This document shows, piece after piece, positions 32,239 to 43,807 of a DNA stretch of 64,000 nt. The notes below the pieces were generated by a model. That model made no database searches, had not been told where the DNA came from, and saw nothing but the letters and a program-made list of their open reading frames with translations. This DNA is from Bdellovibrionota bacterium (GTDB taxonomy: Bacteria > Bdellovibrionota_C > UBA2361 > OMIW01). Every line of letters starts with the position of its first letter. Positions within the stretch are counted from its first letter, which is position 1. A program made the translations under genes and the position numbers. The DNA lies in the NCBI GenBank assembly GCA_044235645.1, contig JBIIHQ010000006.1, positions 85,952-149,951 on the forward strand. The letters run 5' to 3'.

Positions 32239-33903
32239 ATGACTACGCACCAAGATCAGGGAAGCGATAAAAAAGCAAACAACATCCGAGCTACTGGAGG
32301 AAATTTCCCCCCATCCCCGCCGTCTCACGAAGAGCTCAACGGACCAGACGGCGACCACTACGTTGATGTGTACACCGTCAAGGCACTGAGATGGGCGGCC
32401 AAAAGGCTCGACTCCCTCCTTCGAACCCTCGAGGACGATAACGAACGGGTTAATCGGATTACAGAGCTACTCAAATCCGCAACCGAAGCTTTACCATCAC
32501 CAGAGGACAGGTTGCGAGCCGAAGACCGGCAGTCAGTTACTCCACCAATGACATACCCCGACATGCAGGCGCTCTCATTGCCTCATTCGAGACAGATCCA
32601 CCCTCTTCGTCCCGTACCTGATACCGCATTCAGCTCATGGCTCGAGGTAATGGAACAGATTGATCCGCTCGCTCATGCTTTCGAAGCTGCCCTTATCGAA
32701 GCTCGGGAGCGCTTTGGTTCCGTTCAAATATCGGTTTCGGTGCCGGATTATGGGTTCGTAGACGACAAGCAATCTGTGCGGCTAGCAGCAGTCCCATCAT
32801 TGCCTGTTCCCCATCACTCCGACCAGTGGCTTGCTGGTTACGACGATCCTGTCGCAGCGATCTTCGACAGTACCCACCTTACCCCTCATCACCTTTCTGA
32901 GAGAGGATTTCGCGCGGTAATAACGGTCCCCGACTATCGCGGAGATCGTGATCAAAACTTTCTCGACCAGCCAACGGCTCAATTTAGGAATAGATCGAAC
33001 AGGTGTCGGGGCCACGTTCCCGAAGGTCATCTATTGTTGGCTACCCTCACCCACAACGACCGTAAGGGTTGCTTTGAACTCAAATTCGGAAATATGTGCC
33101 GCCCCGAGGTGCAGGATGGTTTTCCCGATTGTCGGATTATTGCGGACGGAAAAATTGACGGAGCGCAGATCGCGCGTATTCTCTCTCAGCACTTCAAATC
33201 CGCGGGGGAAGCGAATCTGGTGGCCCACAAGGAGGGGATTTTGCCCGCCATCACGATTAGAACGCGAAGCTCCGACGAACCTCTTCCCGGCCCATATCTC
33301 ATACTCTCCCACTGCCTCAACGCACTTGCGGACGCAGCAGCTGAAGCGGCCTCTCCTCAGACTACTCGAGGTGGAATATGGCTTTTTCCACGGTCGCAGC
33401 AACCCGAGAACTCACCTCCCAAGGTCGAGCGGCCGGAGCTTTGGGAAATCAGTCAAGAGGTGCATCGACTTAGCGAGGCTTACCACATCCGAACACTTCT
33501 TCCGCGGCTCGAGACACTTACTGATGCCTGCTCTCTTATTCCACTCTACGATGCTCCCGTGTTACGTCGGGCGGGGGGGCAGGCATTCGCGCTCGCTGAT
33601 GCCAGCTCGCCCCCGTCTTACCTCTCCCCTGCAGCACACATCTGGCTCTATCGAACTGTTAAGCTTTTGCAGGAGGAGGTTGGTAAGCCGACACGCCCAT
33701 TCTTTACCTTTAATCATAAACTCCAGAATATCGATCAAGCCCTCCCCTTCGAACCGACTCGAGAGGGCAAACCGTTTCTCGATTTTTATCGTCTTGTTCA
33801 GCAGCTGAGAGAATCAGAAGACTACGGTGATCCCGAAATCCGCCGGAGGCATGCGCAAGTCGCAATCGACGGGATTAAGGAGGCTTTCAAGCCTCCTTCA
33901 TAA
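32239..33903 (+). CDS. Hypothetical protein (~554 aa)
   Basis: Long open frame (track 32050..33903); GAGGA before ATG 32230/32239; no recognised domain. Confidence 0.7.
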   Translation: MTTHQDQGSDKKANNIRATGGNFPPSPPSHEELNGPDGDHYVDVYTVKALRWAAKRLDSLLRTLEDDNERVNRITELLKSATEALPSPEDRLRAEDRQSVTPPMTYPDMQALSLPHSRQIHPLRPVPDTAFSSWLEVMEQIDPLAHAFEAALIEARERFGSVQISVSVPDYGFVDDKQSVRLAAVPSLPVPHHSDQWLAGYDDPVAAIFDSTHLTPHHLSERGFRAVITVPDYRGDRDQNFLDQPTAQFRNRSNRCRGHVPEGHLLLATLTHNDRKGCFELKFGNMCRPEVQDGFPDCRIIADGKIDGAQIARILSQHFKSAGEANLVAHKEGILPAITIRTRSSDEPLPGPYLILSHCLNALADAAAEAASPQTTRGGIWLFPRSQQPENSPPKVERPELWEISQEVHRLSEAYHIRTLLPRLETLTDACSLIPLYDAPVLRRAGGQAFALADASSPPSYLSPAAHIWLYRTVKLLQEEVGKPTRPFFTFNHKLQNIDQALPFEPTREGKPFLDFYRLVQQLRESEDYGDPEIRRRHAQVAIDGIKEAFKPPS

Positions 33904-33905
33904 AC

Positions 33906-34529
33906 CTATGACCCAACCCCTACCCCGCGGCGCCTCCCTCCTCGCGGAGCAAAGAGCTCAGTTATCTTGGCACCTGCCAGCACCGCCGAGCGTATGCGGG
34001 TCACCGCGAGGTGACCAACGAGGAGTGCGTCGACGATATCTTGATTTCGGCCGAGATTTGGCGACGTCGCATCGAAACCGATCGCTGCGAGCTGTTGCCC
34101 AAAAAGAGACCGCGCTACCTCGACCGCCGAAGCTTTGACGGTATCGCGTTTTTTTTGAGCACCCCGCATACCAAGGAGCTCGTGATGGATTGAACGGGGA
34201 TTTATTCTTCCTGGTACCTGCGCTCCCCGGAGTCGCGACAACACTTCAAACATCGCCCGTACCTGCTCCACTTTCGTCGCAGCATTCGGGTCGCGCATCG
34301 TCGTGGGCATCTCACAGACGACAACATCATCATCACCGATATCACACCGCTCGAGGGTCTGGAGCACCTTGCGCTGCAGGTCGGCAAGCCGCTCGGGCAA
34401 CACGTGATGAGGCGGTAAGGCACGAAGATTTCCTACCCCAAGGATTGCACAGTCGATCACTCGAAAGAGCGCCCATCCCGAACAGGTTAGGCTGGGGTCG
34501 ACAGCAAGAAGGTGGCGAGGATAGGGCAT
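33906..34529 (-). CDS. Divergent RuvC-like Holliday-junction resolvase / RNase H-fold nuclease
   Basis: LLAVDPSLTCSGWA, VVVCEMP and QDIVDALLVG supply the RuvC acidic residues. Confidence 0.72.
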   Translation of the reverse strand: MPYPRHLLAVDPSLTCSGWALFRVIDCAILGVGNLRALPPHHVLPERLADLQRKVLQTLERCDIGDDDVVVCEMPTTMRDPNAATKVEQVRAMFEVLSRLRGAQVPGRINPRSIHHELLGMRGAQKKRDTVKASAVEVARSLFGQQLAAIGFDATSPNLGRNQDIVDALLVGHLAVTRIRSAVLAGAKITELFAPRGGRRRGVGVGS

Positions 34530-34810
34530 GTGAGTCAAGGGTGGACAGAGATGGGGTGCAGCCAAGGAGGAGTGAGCGGAAAACCCCACCCGCGCGCTCG
34601 ACCACCCCCCTATGATGGCAGAGCTTACCTCCGCTGCCTACACCCCGAACACCAAACGCCGTCTATCCGTCGGTGACGTTGACCTGAAGCCCAAGGTTCC
34701 GTAGTCTTCTGGGGTCTTTCAGCCCTTTGTGGCAGAGATAGCGGGGGGAGTTCACATAGGACGACGTAACACCATCACCCCTCGCACAACCTTTACCGGA
34801 TGATCGCATC

Positions 34811-35758
34811 ATGGACCACGATACCCTTGCTGACCTATACCGACGGATGTTGCGAATTCGCCGATTTGAAGAAGAGGCGGCCCGATTGTACACCGAGCGA
34901 AAGATTGGAGGCTTTCTCCACCTCTACATAGGACAGGAAGCGGTCGCTGTGGGTGCTGTTTCGGTTCTTGAAGATAAGGACCAAATAATCACCGCCTATC
35001 GTTGTCACGGACACTACCTCGCGCGGGGGGGGAGCTCCCGGGAGGGAATGGCCGAGCTGTTGGGGAGAGAGACTGGGTGCTCCAAGGGTCGGGGCGGTTC
35101 GATGCATTTCTACGATGCCAGCAGGAACTTCTTCGGCGGATGGGGGATCATCGGAGCGCAGATCCCAGTAGCCGCGGGAATGGCGTTCGCGAATATCGTC
35201 AACGAGACCGGGGGCGTCGTCCTCTGCTTTCTCGGGGATGGCGCAATCAACATTGGCCCGTTCCATGAGGGGCTCGCATTGGCATCGCTCTGGAAGCTAC
35301 CCGTCGTCTACATAATCGAGAACAATTATTTCGCTATGGGCACTCCGCTCGAGAAAACTGCGGCCACTGACGATCTCTCGATTCGGGCGCTCGGCTATCC
35401 GATGGCGCGCGATACCGTCGATGGTCACGACATCTTCAAAGTTCGTAGCTGCATACTCGATGCCGTCCGGCGGGCTCGCGACAAACGCCAACCTACCCTC
35501 ATTGAGGCCCGCACCTACCGCTATCGCGGACACTCGATGGCAGATCCCGCGACGTATCGAAGTAAAGCCGATGTGGACGAGTGGCGCTCCCGTGATCCGA
35601 TAGCGACCCTCGGATCAAAGATCGATGCACTCGGGCTGCAAGTAACACGAGAGAAGATTGACGCTGAGATTGAAGCAGAGATACTCGACGCCGTGGCATT
35701 TGCTGAAGCATCACCGATGCCTGACCCCGCCACTGTTGGCGATTACGTCATGGCGTAG
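34811..35758 (+). CDS. pdhA: Pyruvate dehydrogenase E1 alpha
   Basis: IGGFLHLYIGQEA, GRGGSMH, FLGDGA..ENN TPP motif, YRYRGHSMADP. Confidence 0.96.
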   Translation: MDHDTLADLYRRMLRIRRFEEEAARLYTERKIGGFLHLYIGQEAVAVGAVSVLEDKDQIITAYRCHGHYLARGGSSREGMAELLGRETGCSKGRGGSMHFYDASRNFFGGWGIIGAQIPVAAGMAFANIVNETGGVVLCFLGDGAINIGPFHEGLALASLWKLPVVYIIENNYFAMGTPLEKTAATDDLSIRALGYPMARDTVDGHDIFKVRSCILDAVRRARDKRQPTLIEARTYRYRGHSMADPATYRSKADVDEWRSRDPIATLGSKIDALGLQVTREKIDAEIEAEILDAVAFAEASPMPDPATVGDYVMA

Positions 35759-35863
35759 TCAGGCGAGGGGCAAGAAACGCTGAAGGCAGCAATACCAAAT
35801 AAAATACTAGTTTCCTGCGCGTGGCGTTATCAAGAAAACGCGATGGTCTCCGGGGGACGGTGA

Positions 35864-36853
<990 letters not shown>

Positions 36854-37039
36854 GAATTCCGAAGTGAGCGAGACTCACTGTCATTTTTACCCTCCGCTTT
36901 GTGTTTCCAAGGTCAGAGCTGGGGGGTGCATCCCCTTCTGTCTCCTGGCGAGGAACAGGTTTGTACCGTAAGGATCGGGCGACGTTTCGCCGGCCTTTAT
37001 CACTCTCTTTGGCATGCATCGAGCTGGCAACCGTCCCAC

Positions 37040-38770
37040 ATGCGAAACTCCTCGCCCCGATCCCCACGTACAACTATCCAGCTTCGAGCTTGGCAACAGG
37101 AGGCTTTCGGCGTTTATCGTGATGCGGTGACCCGTGGCGAGCGATCTATCCTCTGGGAAGCGACCCCTGGAGCTGGGAAGACGACCGCTGCTCTCGCTGT
37201 GTGCCTCCATCAGCATCGACGACTCCGAACACCCACCATTCTTGTCATCGTCCCAACCGCTCACCTGAAAATTCAATGGGCTCGCGCTGCCGGGGCAGTC
37301 GGGTTAAATCTTGAGATCTCAATTACCAAGGATGGAGCGCCTCGCGATCGGGAGACTCACGGATACGTCGTCACATATCAGCAGATCGCTCAAGACCCCT
37401 CTTTCTTTCGAACAATCGCGCGACAGTCATGCACTGTACTCGACGAGGTACACCACGCAGGCGATGGGCTTTCATGGGGAGATGCTATTCTCTTCACCCT
37501 CGCTGAAGCGCGATTCGTATTATGCCTCAGTGGTACCCCCTTCCGAAGCGATAACGCCGCTATTCCCTTCGTTCGGTACGACGAGTCCGGAGTGAGTAGT
37601 GCTGATTATGCGTACGGCTACTCCCGTGCTGTTGAAGAGGGAGTATGCCGACCCACCGCGTTCCTTACGTACGGAGGAGAAGTATCATGGCGAGATGATG
37701 GAGGGGAGGTAGTCGCAGCCTTTTCAGATCCTCTCGATCCGGTTGCCTCTGCTCGACGACTGCGCGCTGCAGTGAGCGCTGAGAGTGGATGGATGACTCC
37801 TCTTCTCCGCGATGCTCATCGCCTTCTGCTGGCAACCAGAGAACAGAACCCACATGCTGGTGGCCTTGTCGTTACGGCAAATCAATCGCAGGCACGAAAG
37901 CTGAGCCGAGCCCTCGCCTCTATCACCGGCGAAAAACCGGTTCTCGTGCTCTCAGAAGATAGCGATGCCGCTGAGAATCTGAAGCGATATACCGAATCAA
38001 GCGAACCGTGGTTAGTTGCGTGCAACATGGTGAGCGAAGGGGTCGATATTCCCCGGCTTCAAGTCGGAGTCTACGCAACAACTGTTCGGACTAAGATGTA
38101 TTTTCGGCAATTTATCGGAAGACTAGTCCGGACCCGTTACCACCCTCACCGAAGTGAAAAATCGGTGGCCGCGATTGCCTATTGCTACCTTCCCGCAGAT
38201 CCCACCCTTAAGCAGCTCGCCTATGATATAGAAAGCGAGATTAAGCACTGCATCGATCATCGTGACCGGGAGGGGGTACGAGAGGATTTCACGGAGCGAC
38301 CTGAGCGCTCGGAGCCGATAGCCTCTTTGTGGGAGGTTCTCGAATCAACCAATGATGGGCTGCAATCAGTCATCGTCCATGGGGCTGTCGTCAACGGGAG
38401 CAAAGTGAGTTCGGGGACGATACTCCCCGTTGAAGGAACCCTGGGGAACTCATGCTCTCTGCTCCCAATCCCAACCCACCCCCTTACCTCTTCCCCCGGA
38501 CAGGGAATCGATGTTCAGATGCTGATATCAGAACAGGTCGCCGAAAGGCTTACCCAAAAACGCGCCCATACAGAGACAAAAGCCGCTCTAACACGAGAGA
38601 TTAGGCGACTGGTTGCTCTTTGCCACCGCCGCCTTAATCGCTCACATGCAACGATCTACGCCCAGCTTAATAGCCACCAGGGGATACAAAGCCAAGCGAA
38701 CTGTTCTGAAAATGAGCTCCAACAACGAATCGCGTTATTGAACGGAATGATCGCGGGCTCCTTCGGTTGA
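37040..38770 (+). CDS. SF2 DEAD/DEAH-box helicase (ResIII-like; Rv2917-like)
   Basis: LRAWQQEA, ATPGAGKT, LDEVHH, LSGTPFRSD, MVSEGVDIPRL, FRQFIGRLVR. Confidence 0.9.
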   Translation: MRNSSPRSPRTTIQLRAWQQEAFGVYRDAVTRGERSILWEATPGAGKTTAALAVCLHQHRRLRTPTILVIVPTAHLKIQWARAAGAVGLNLEISITKDGAPRDRETHGYVVTYQQIAQDPSFFRTIARQSCTVLDEVHHAGDGLSWGDAILFTLAEARFVLCLSGTPFRSDNAAIPFVRYDESGVSSADYAYGYSRAVEEGVCRPTAFLTYGGEVSWRDDGGEVVAAFSDPLDPVASARRLRAAVSAESGWMTPLLRDAHRLLLATREQNPHAGGLVVTANQSQARKLSRALASITGEKPVLVLSEDSDAAENLKRYTESSEPWLVACNMVSEGVDIPRLQVGVYATTVRTKMYFRQFIGRLVRTRYHPHRSEKSVAAIAYCYLPADPTLKQLAYDIESEIKHCIDHRDREGVREDFTERPERSEPIASLWEVLESTNDGLQSVIVHGAVVNGSKVSSGTILPVEGTLGNSCSLLPIPTHPLTSSPGQGIDVQMLISEQVAERLTQKRAHTETKAALTREIRRLVALCHRRLNRSHATIYAQLNSHQGIQSQANCSENELQQRIALLNGMIAGSFG

Positions 38771-38807
38771 GTGGGTAGTAACTCTCACCTCTCCCCGTTG
38801 CCCATAA

Positions 38808-39623
38808 TCAAAGCCCCACAAACTTTTTAAACGCACGCACGGTTGCCTGACGACCTACCGAGGCGATTGACTCGTGCAACGGAATGCTCTTTGGGCAGGC
38901 TTTGACACAGTTCTGGGCGTTCCCGCAATCCTCAACGCCGCCGTTCCCCATGACCGAATCGAGTCGCTCATCGCTCTGGTAGGCACCCGTGGGGTGACTA
39001 TTGAAGAGACGCACCTGGTTAATCGTTTGCGCTCCGACAAAGTTGTTATCGATCGCAAATTGCGGACAAACCTGGAGGCAAACCCCGCACGTCATACACG
39101 TTGACATCACATACCGCTCGCGCACCTCGGCAGGATTCTGTCGGGGTCCTGGCCCTAAATCGTGGCTCCCATCAATCTCGACCCAAGCTTTGACCCGCTT
39201 AAGATTCTCAAACATCCGGCTTCTATCAACTGCCAGGTCCCGCACCACCGGGAATTTGTTCATCGGTTCCAGCGTGATGGGCTGTTCGAGCTGATCGACG
39301 AGCGCAGTACACCCCTGCCTCGCCTTCCCATTAACCACCATCGAGCAGGCCCCACACACACTCTCCAAACATCCTGAATCATAGACGATGGGGCATGCCC
39401 GTTTCCCCGTGATATCAACCGGATTTTTTCTAAGCTCCATCAGAAGCGAGAGGACGTTGTGTCCCGGCTGATAGGGCACCTCGAAATCCTGCCAGTAGGG
39501 CAGTGCACTCGGATTGTCCTGTCGCTTTACCCTCACCCGAATCTTTCGGCCACTGTGGCCGGCAACAGTATGCGAATGTGACGAGTTACTTGGTGCCGAT
39601 GTGCTTTCTTCTGCATGACTCAT
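38808..39623 (-). CDS. sdhB: Succinate dehydrogenase iron-sulfur subunit
   Basis: CLESVCGAC, CMTCGVCLQVCP, CGNAQNCVKACP. Confidence 0.96.
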   Translation of the reverse strand: MSHAEESTSAPSNSSHSHTVAGHSGRKIRVRVKRQDNPSALPYWQDFEVPYQPGHNVLSLLMELRKNPVDITGKRACPIVYDSGCLESVCGACSMVVNGKARQGCTALVDQLEQPITLEPMNKFPVVRDLAVDRSRMFENLKRVKAWVEIDGSHDLGPGPRQNPAEVRERYVMSTCMTCGVCLQVCPQFAIDNNFVGAQTINQVRLFNSHPTGAYQSDERLDSVMGNGGVEDCGNAQNCVKACPKSIPLHESIASVGRQATVRAFKKFVGL

Positions 39624-39706
39624 GGTGATGGTGCTCCTTTTATCTCGTGATCAGATGAGTTCGCTAACCTGTTCCGCTAACAGCCTAATAGCCGCCACAA
39701 GCGAAA

Positions 39707-41470
39707 CTATGCAGATGCTGTCTTATCCACGTTATATACTCGTTTCCGGGGAGGTATAAATCGGATATCGACCTCTTCATAGCTGAGCTGCGGACCGGCT
39801 GGGCTGTAGGCCGCCTTTGTTGTCTTGAGCCAGTTTTCATCATCACGCTCAGGGAACTCTGGTTTATAATGGGCACCCCGACTCTCATCCCGCTGCAACG
39901 CCCCCTCGACGATCGCGTGAGCGAGATCAAGTCCGTTGGTGAGCTGATTAACAAAGAGCAGCTCTTGATTATAAACCGAGGTTGAGCTTCCGATTCCCAC
40001 CCGACCGACCCTCTCCTTGAGCTCAAGGATCTTTTCGATACCGCCCCTCAGCTCGTCGTTTCGTCGAACCACGGTGACGTTGTTGGTCATCATCTGACCA
40101 AGCTCTTGATGTATGACATAGGCGTTTTCCGTCCCCCGCATCTGGGCTATTTCGTCAAGCCGAGCGGTCATCCGTCGTTCCTCCGCGTCAAATATCGACG
40201 ATTCTGAGTCGCAGCTCCGCTGCTTGAGCCCCTTGCAGTACTGAGCGATCTTTGGTCCCCCCTTGAGGCCATCGAACGTACAGCTCAAAAGTGCGTTAGC
40301 TCCCAGCCGATTTGCTCCGTGATACTCAAAATTGCACTCTCCCCCGGCAAAAAGGCCAGGAATATTGGTCATCAGGTTATAATCAACCCACAAGCCACCC
40401 ATCGTGTAGTGCATCCCTGGGAATATCTTCATCGGAACCTTCCGCGGGTCATCGCCGACGAACGTCTCATAAATCTCGAGAATCGCGCCGAGTCGCTTAT
40501 CGAGAAAGTCACGTGAGAGGTGGCTCAGGTCGAGATACACCATATTGTCGCCGTTGACCCCGAGCTTCTGACGAACACAGACATCGAAGATTTCTCGCGT
40601 TGCGATATCGCGGGGAACGAGGTTACCGTAGGCAGGATATTTCTCCTCCAGGAAATACCACGGCTTGCCATCTTTATAGGTCCAAACTCGTCCCCCCTCA
40701 CCTCTCGCCGACTCACTCATCAGCCGTAGTTTATCGAGACCAGGGATGGCGGTCGGATGAACCTGAATGAACTCCCCATTCGCGTAATACGCTCCCTGCT
40801 GGTATGCACTCGCGTGAGAAGAGCCGGTGTTGACCACTGAGTTCGTCGATTTTCCGAAGAGCATACCGATACCACCGGTACACAGCATTACCGCATCGGC
40901 GCGAAACGCCTTAACCTCCCGATTAACGAGATTTACCGCCGTGATCCCACGACATACGCCATGACTGTCCTTCACCAACGACAGAAACTCCCAGTATTCG
41001 AACTTCTGCACCTGCCCCAACACCTCGCGACGGCGTACCTGTTCATCGAGTGCATACAATAGCTGCTGCCCCGTGCTCGCTCCAGCGAACGCAGTGCGGT
41101 GGTGTTTAGTCCCCCCAAATCGTCGAAAATCGAGATTCCCCTCGGCGGTTCGATTAAAGGGGACCCCGAGCCGGTCAAAGAGGAAGATGATGTCGGGCGC
41201 CATGGCGGTCATCTCTTTGACCGGCTCCTGATTGGCCAGAAAATCCCCACCATAGATGGTGTCATCAAAATGCTCGCCAACCGAATCCCCTTCTCCCCGG
41301 ATATTCACCGCAGCGTTGATACCCCCTTGGGCACACACCGAGTGGGACCGTTTCACCGGGACCACTGAGAACACCTTGACCGAGGCTCCTAGCTCAGCGA
41401 GCTTCATAGTCGCCGCCAATCCTGCCAAACCTCCGCCAACAACGATAACTTCAAACGGGGATGATGCCAT
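39707..41470 (-). CDS. sdhA: Succinate dehydrogenase flavoprotein
   Basis: VGGGLAGL, RSHSVCAQGGINAA, HGANRLGANAL, ESRGAHYK. Confidence 0.98.
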   Translation of the reverse strand: MASSPFEVIVVGGGLAGLAATMKLAELGASVKVFSVVPVKRSHSVCAQGGINAAVNIRGEGDSVGEHFDDTIYGGDFLANQEPVKEMTAMAPDIIFLFDRLGVPFNRTAEGNLDFRRFGGTKHHRTAFAGASTGQQLLYALDEQVRRREVLGQVQKFEYWEFLSLVKDSHGVCRGITAVNLVNREVKAFRADAVMLCTGGIGMLFGKSTNSVVNTGSSHASAYQQGAYYANGEFIQVHPTAIPGLDKLRLMSESARGEGGRVWTYKDGKPWYFLEEKYPAYGNLVPRDIATREIFDVCVRQKLGVNGDNMVYLDLSHLSRDFLDKRLGAILEIYETFVGDDPRKVPMKIFPGMHYTMGGLWVDYNLMTNIPGLFAGGECNFEYHGANRLGANALLSCTFDGLKGGPKIAQYCKGLKQRSCDSESSIFDAEERRMTARLDEIAQMRGTENAYVIHQELGQMMTNNVTVVRRNDELRGGIEKILELKERVGRVGIGSSTSVYNQELLFVNQLTNGLDLAHAIVEGALQRDESRGAHYKPEFPERDDENWLKTTKAAYSPAGPQLSYEEVDIRFIPPRKRVYNVDKTASA

Positions 41471-41532
41471 ACCGAAATACCCTGGTAGTGTAAGATATCA
41501 CAGAAAATCAGTTTTCTTCGACCTTCTCCCGA

Positions 41533-42228
41533 TTAAATGCCAAGAGAGGTGAGAATACTCTGCTTGAAGACAAAGGCGGATAGAATATCAATGCCGACTA
41601 TCGAAAGAATCGCAAAGATCGCCATGCTAACGCACGCAAGTCGCTTCTGTCCGACATCAGACCGGACCAGCCCCCACGTTATCGAGAAGCTCCACAGACC
41701 ATTCGAGAAGTGGTACACCACCGATATGATCCCGGCGATATAAAGCGCGAACACCCACGGCACCGACAGCTTGGTCGCCATATCCTGAAAGGTGATCTCG
41801 CGGCCCGCAATAAAAAGTGCCCAAAACCGGGTGGACACCACGTGGTAGGCGATATAGAAAAACGCCACTATCCCCGTGATCCGTTGGAGAACATACGCGA
41901 TATTCCGGCTGTGGGTGTATTGGGCGACCACGGGACGCGACGCTCTTGTGATATAAATACCATAGACGGAATGAAAGATGAGTGGGAGAAGAAGCAACGC
42001 CCACTCAGCCACCATCAGGTACGGCATCGAGGCTATCTTCTCAACGGTTTCGTTGAATGCCTCAGCCCCGCGACGCGCCGAGGCATTCTCGAAAAAATGG
42101 AACAGCAGAAATCCTCCGAGCGGCACAATCCCAGTAAGTGAATGGAGCCGTCGGAGAAGAAATGATTTATCAGCTGAAGAGAGCGCGCATCCTCCGGAGG
42201 AGGCTTCCGCTGCGGAAGTCGCTGTCAT
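41533..42228 (-). CDS. sdhC: Succinate dehydrogenase cytochrome b558 (single Bacillus-type anchor)
   Basis: RRLHSLTGIVPLG, QRITG, YHFSNGLWSFSITWG. Start moved to ATG 42228 to avoid overlap with mdh. Confidence 0.93.
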   Translation of the reverse strand: MTATSAAEASSGGCALSSADKSFLLRRLHSLTGIVPLGGFLLFHFFENASARRGAEAFNETVEKIASMPYLMVAEWALLLLPLIFHSVYGIYITRASRPVVAQYTHSRNIAYVLQRITGIVAFFYIAYHVVSTRFWALFIAGREITFQDMATKLSVPWVFALYIAGIISVVYHFSNGLWSFSITWGLVRSDVGQKRLACVSMAIFAILSIVGIDILSAFVFKQSILTSLGI

Positions 42229-42283
42229 GATGTACCTCGTCTCAGATTGTACGATACTACCACCGACTGAACATGGTGATGAA

Positions 42284-43569
<1,286 letters not shown>

Positions 43570-43590
43570 TTTTCGGTTTTTACCACTGTT

Positions 43591-43638
43591 GTTGTGGATG
43601 AGGTTGTGGATGGGGTTGTGGATGGGGTTGTGGATAAA
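43591..43638. repeat. Four 12-bp tandem repeats, each containing a DnaA-box-like 9-mer
   Basis: GTTGTGGATGAG, GTTGTGGATGGG x2, GTTGTGGATAAA. The last contains a perfect TGTGGATAA (43629-43637; reverse complement TTATCCACA). Confidence 0.85.
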
Positions 43639-43807
43639 CAGCGCGCTCTGAACGTTTTGACCTCTTCGGTAGGCACCTCTGTGGGACGATTGTGGTAACA
43701 CCAATTCGAATCTCATGTTTTTATCCGCGATGATTCGTGCGTTAATGCTGTCTGATTAAAAGAGTCGGTTCTGCGCCCTCTCTCACCAACTCTCACTCCG
43801 CACTCTC

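Noticed and set aside
43591-43638. CRISPR array
   Set aside because: The 12-bp units are contiguous with no spacers, and there are no cas genes in the window.
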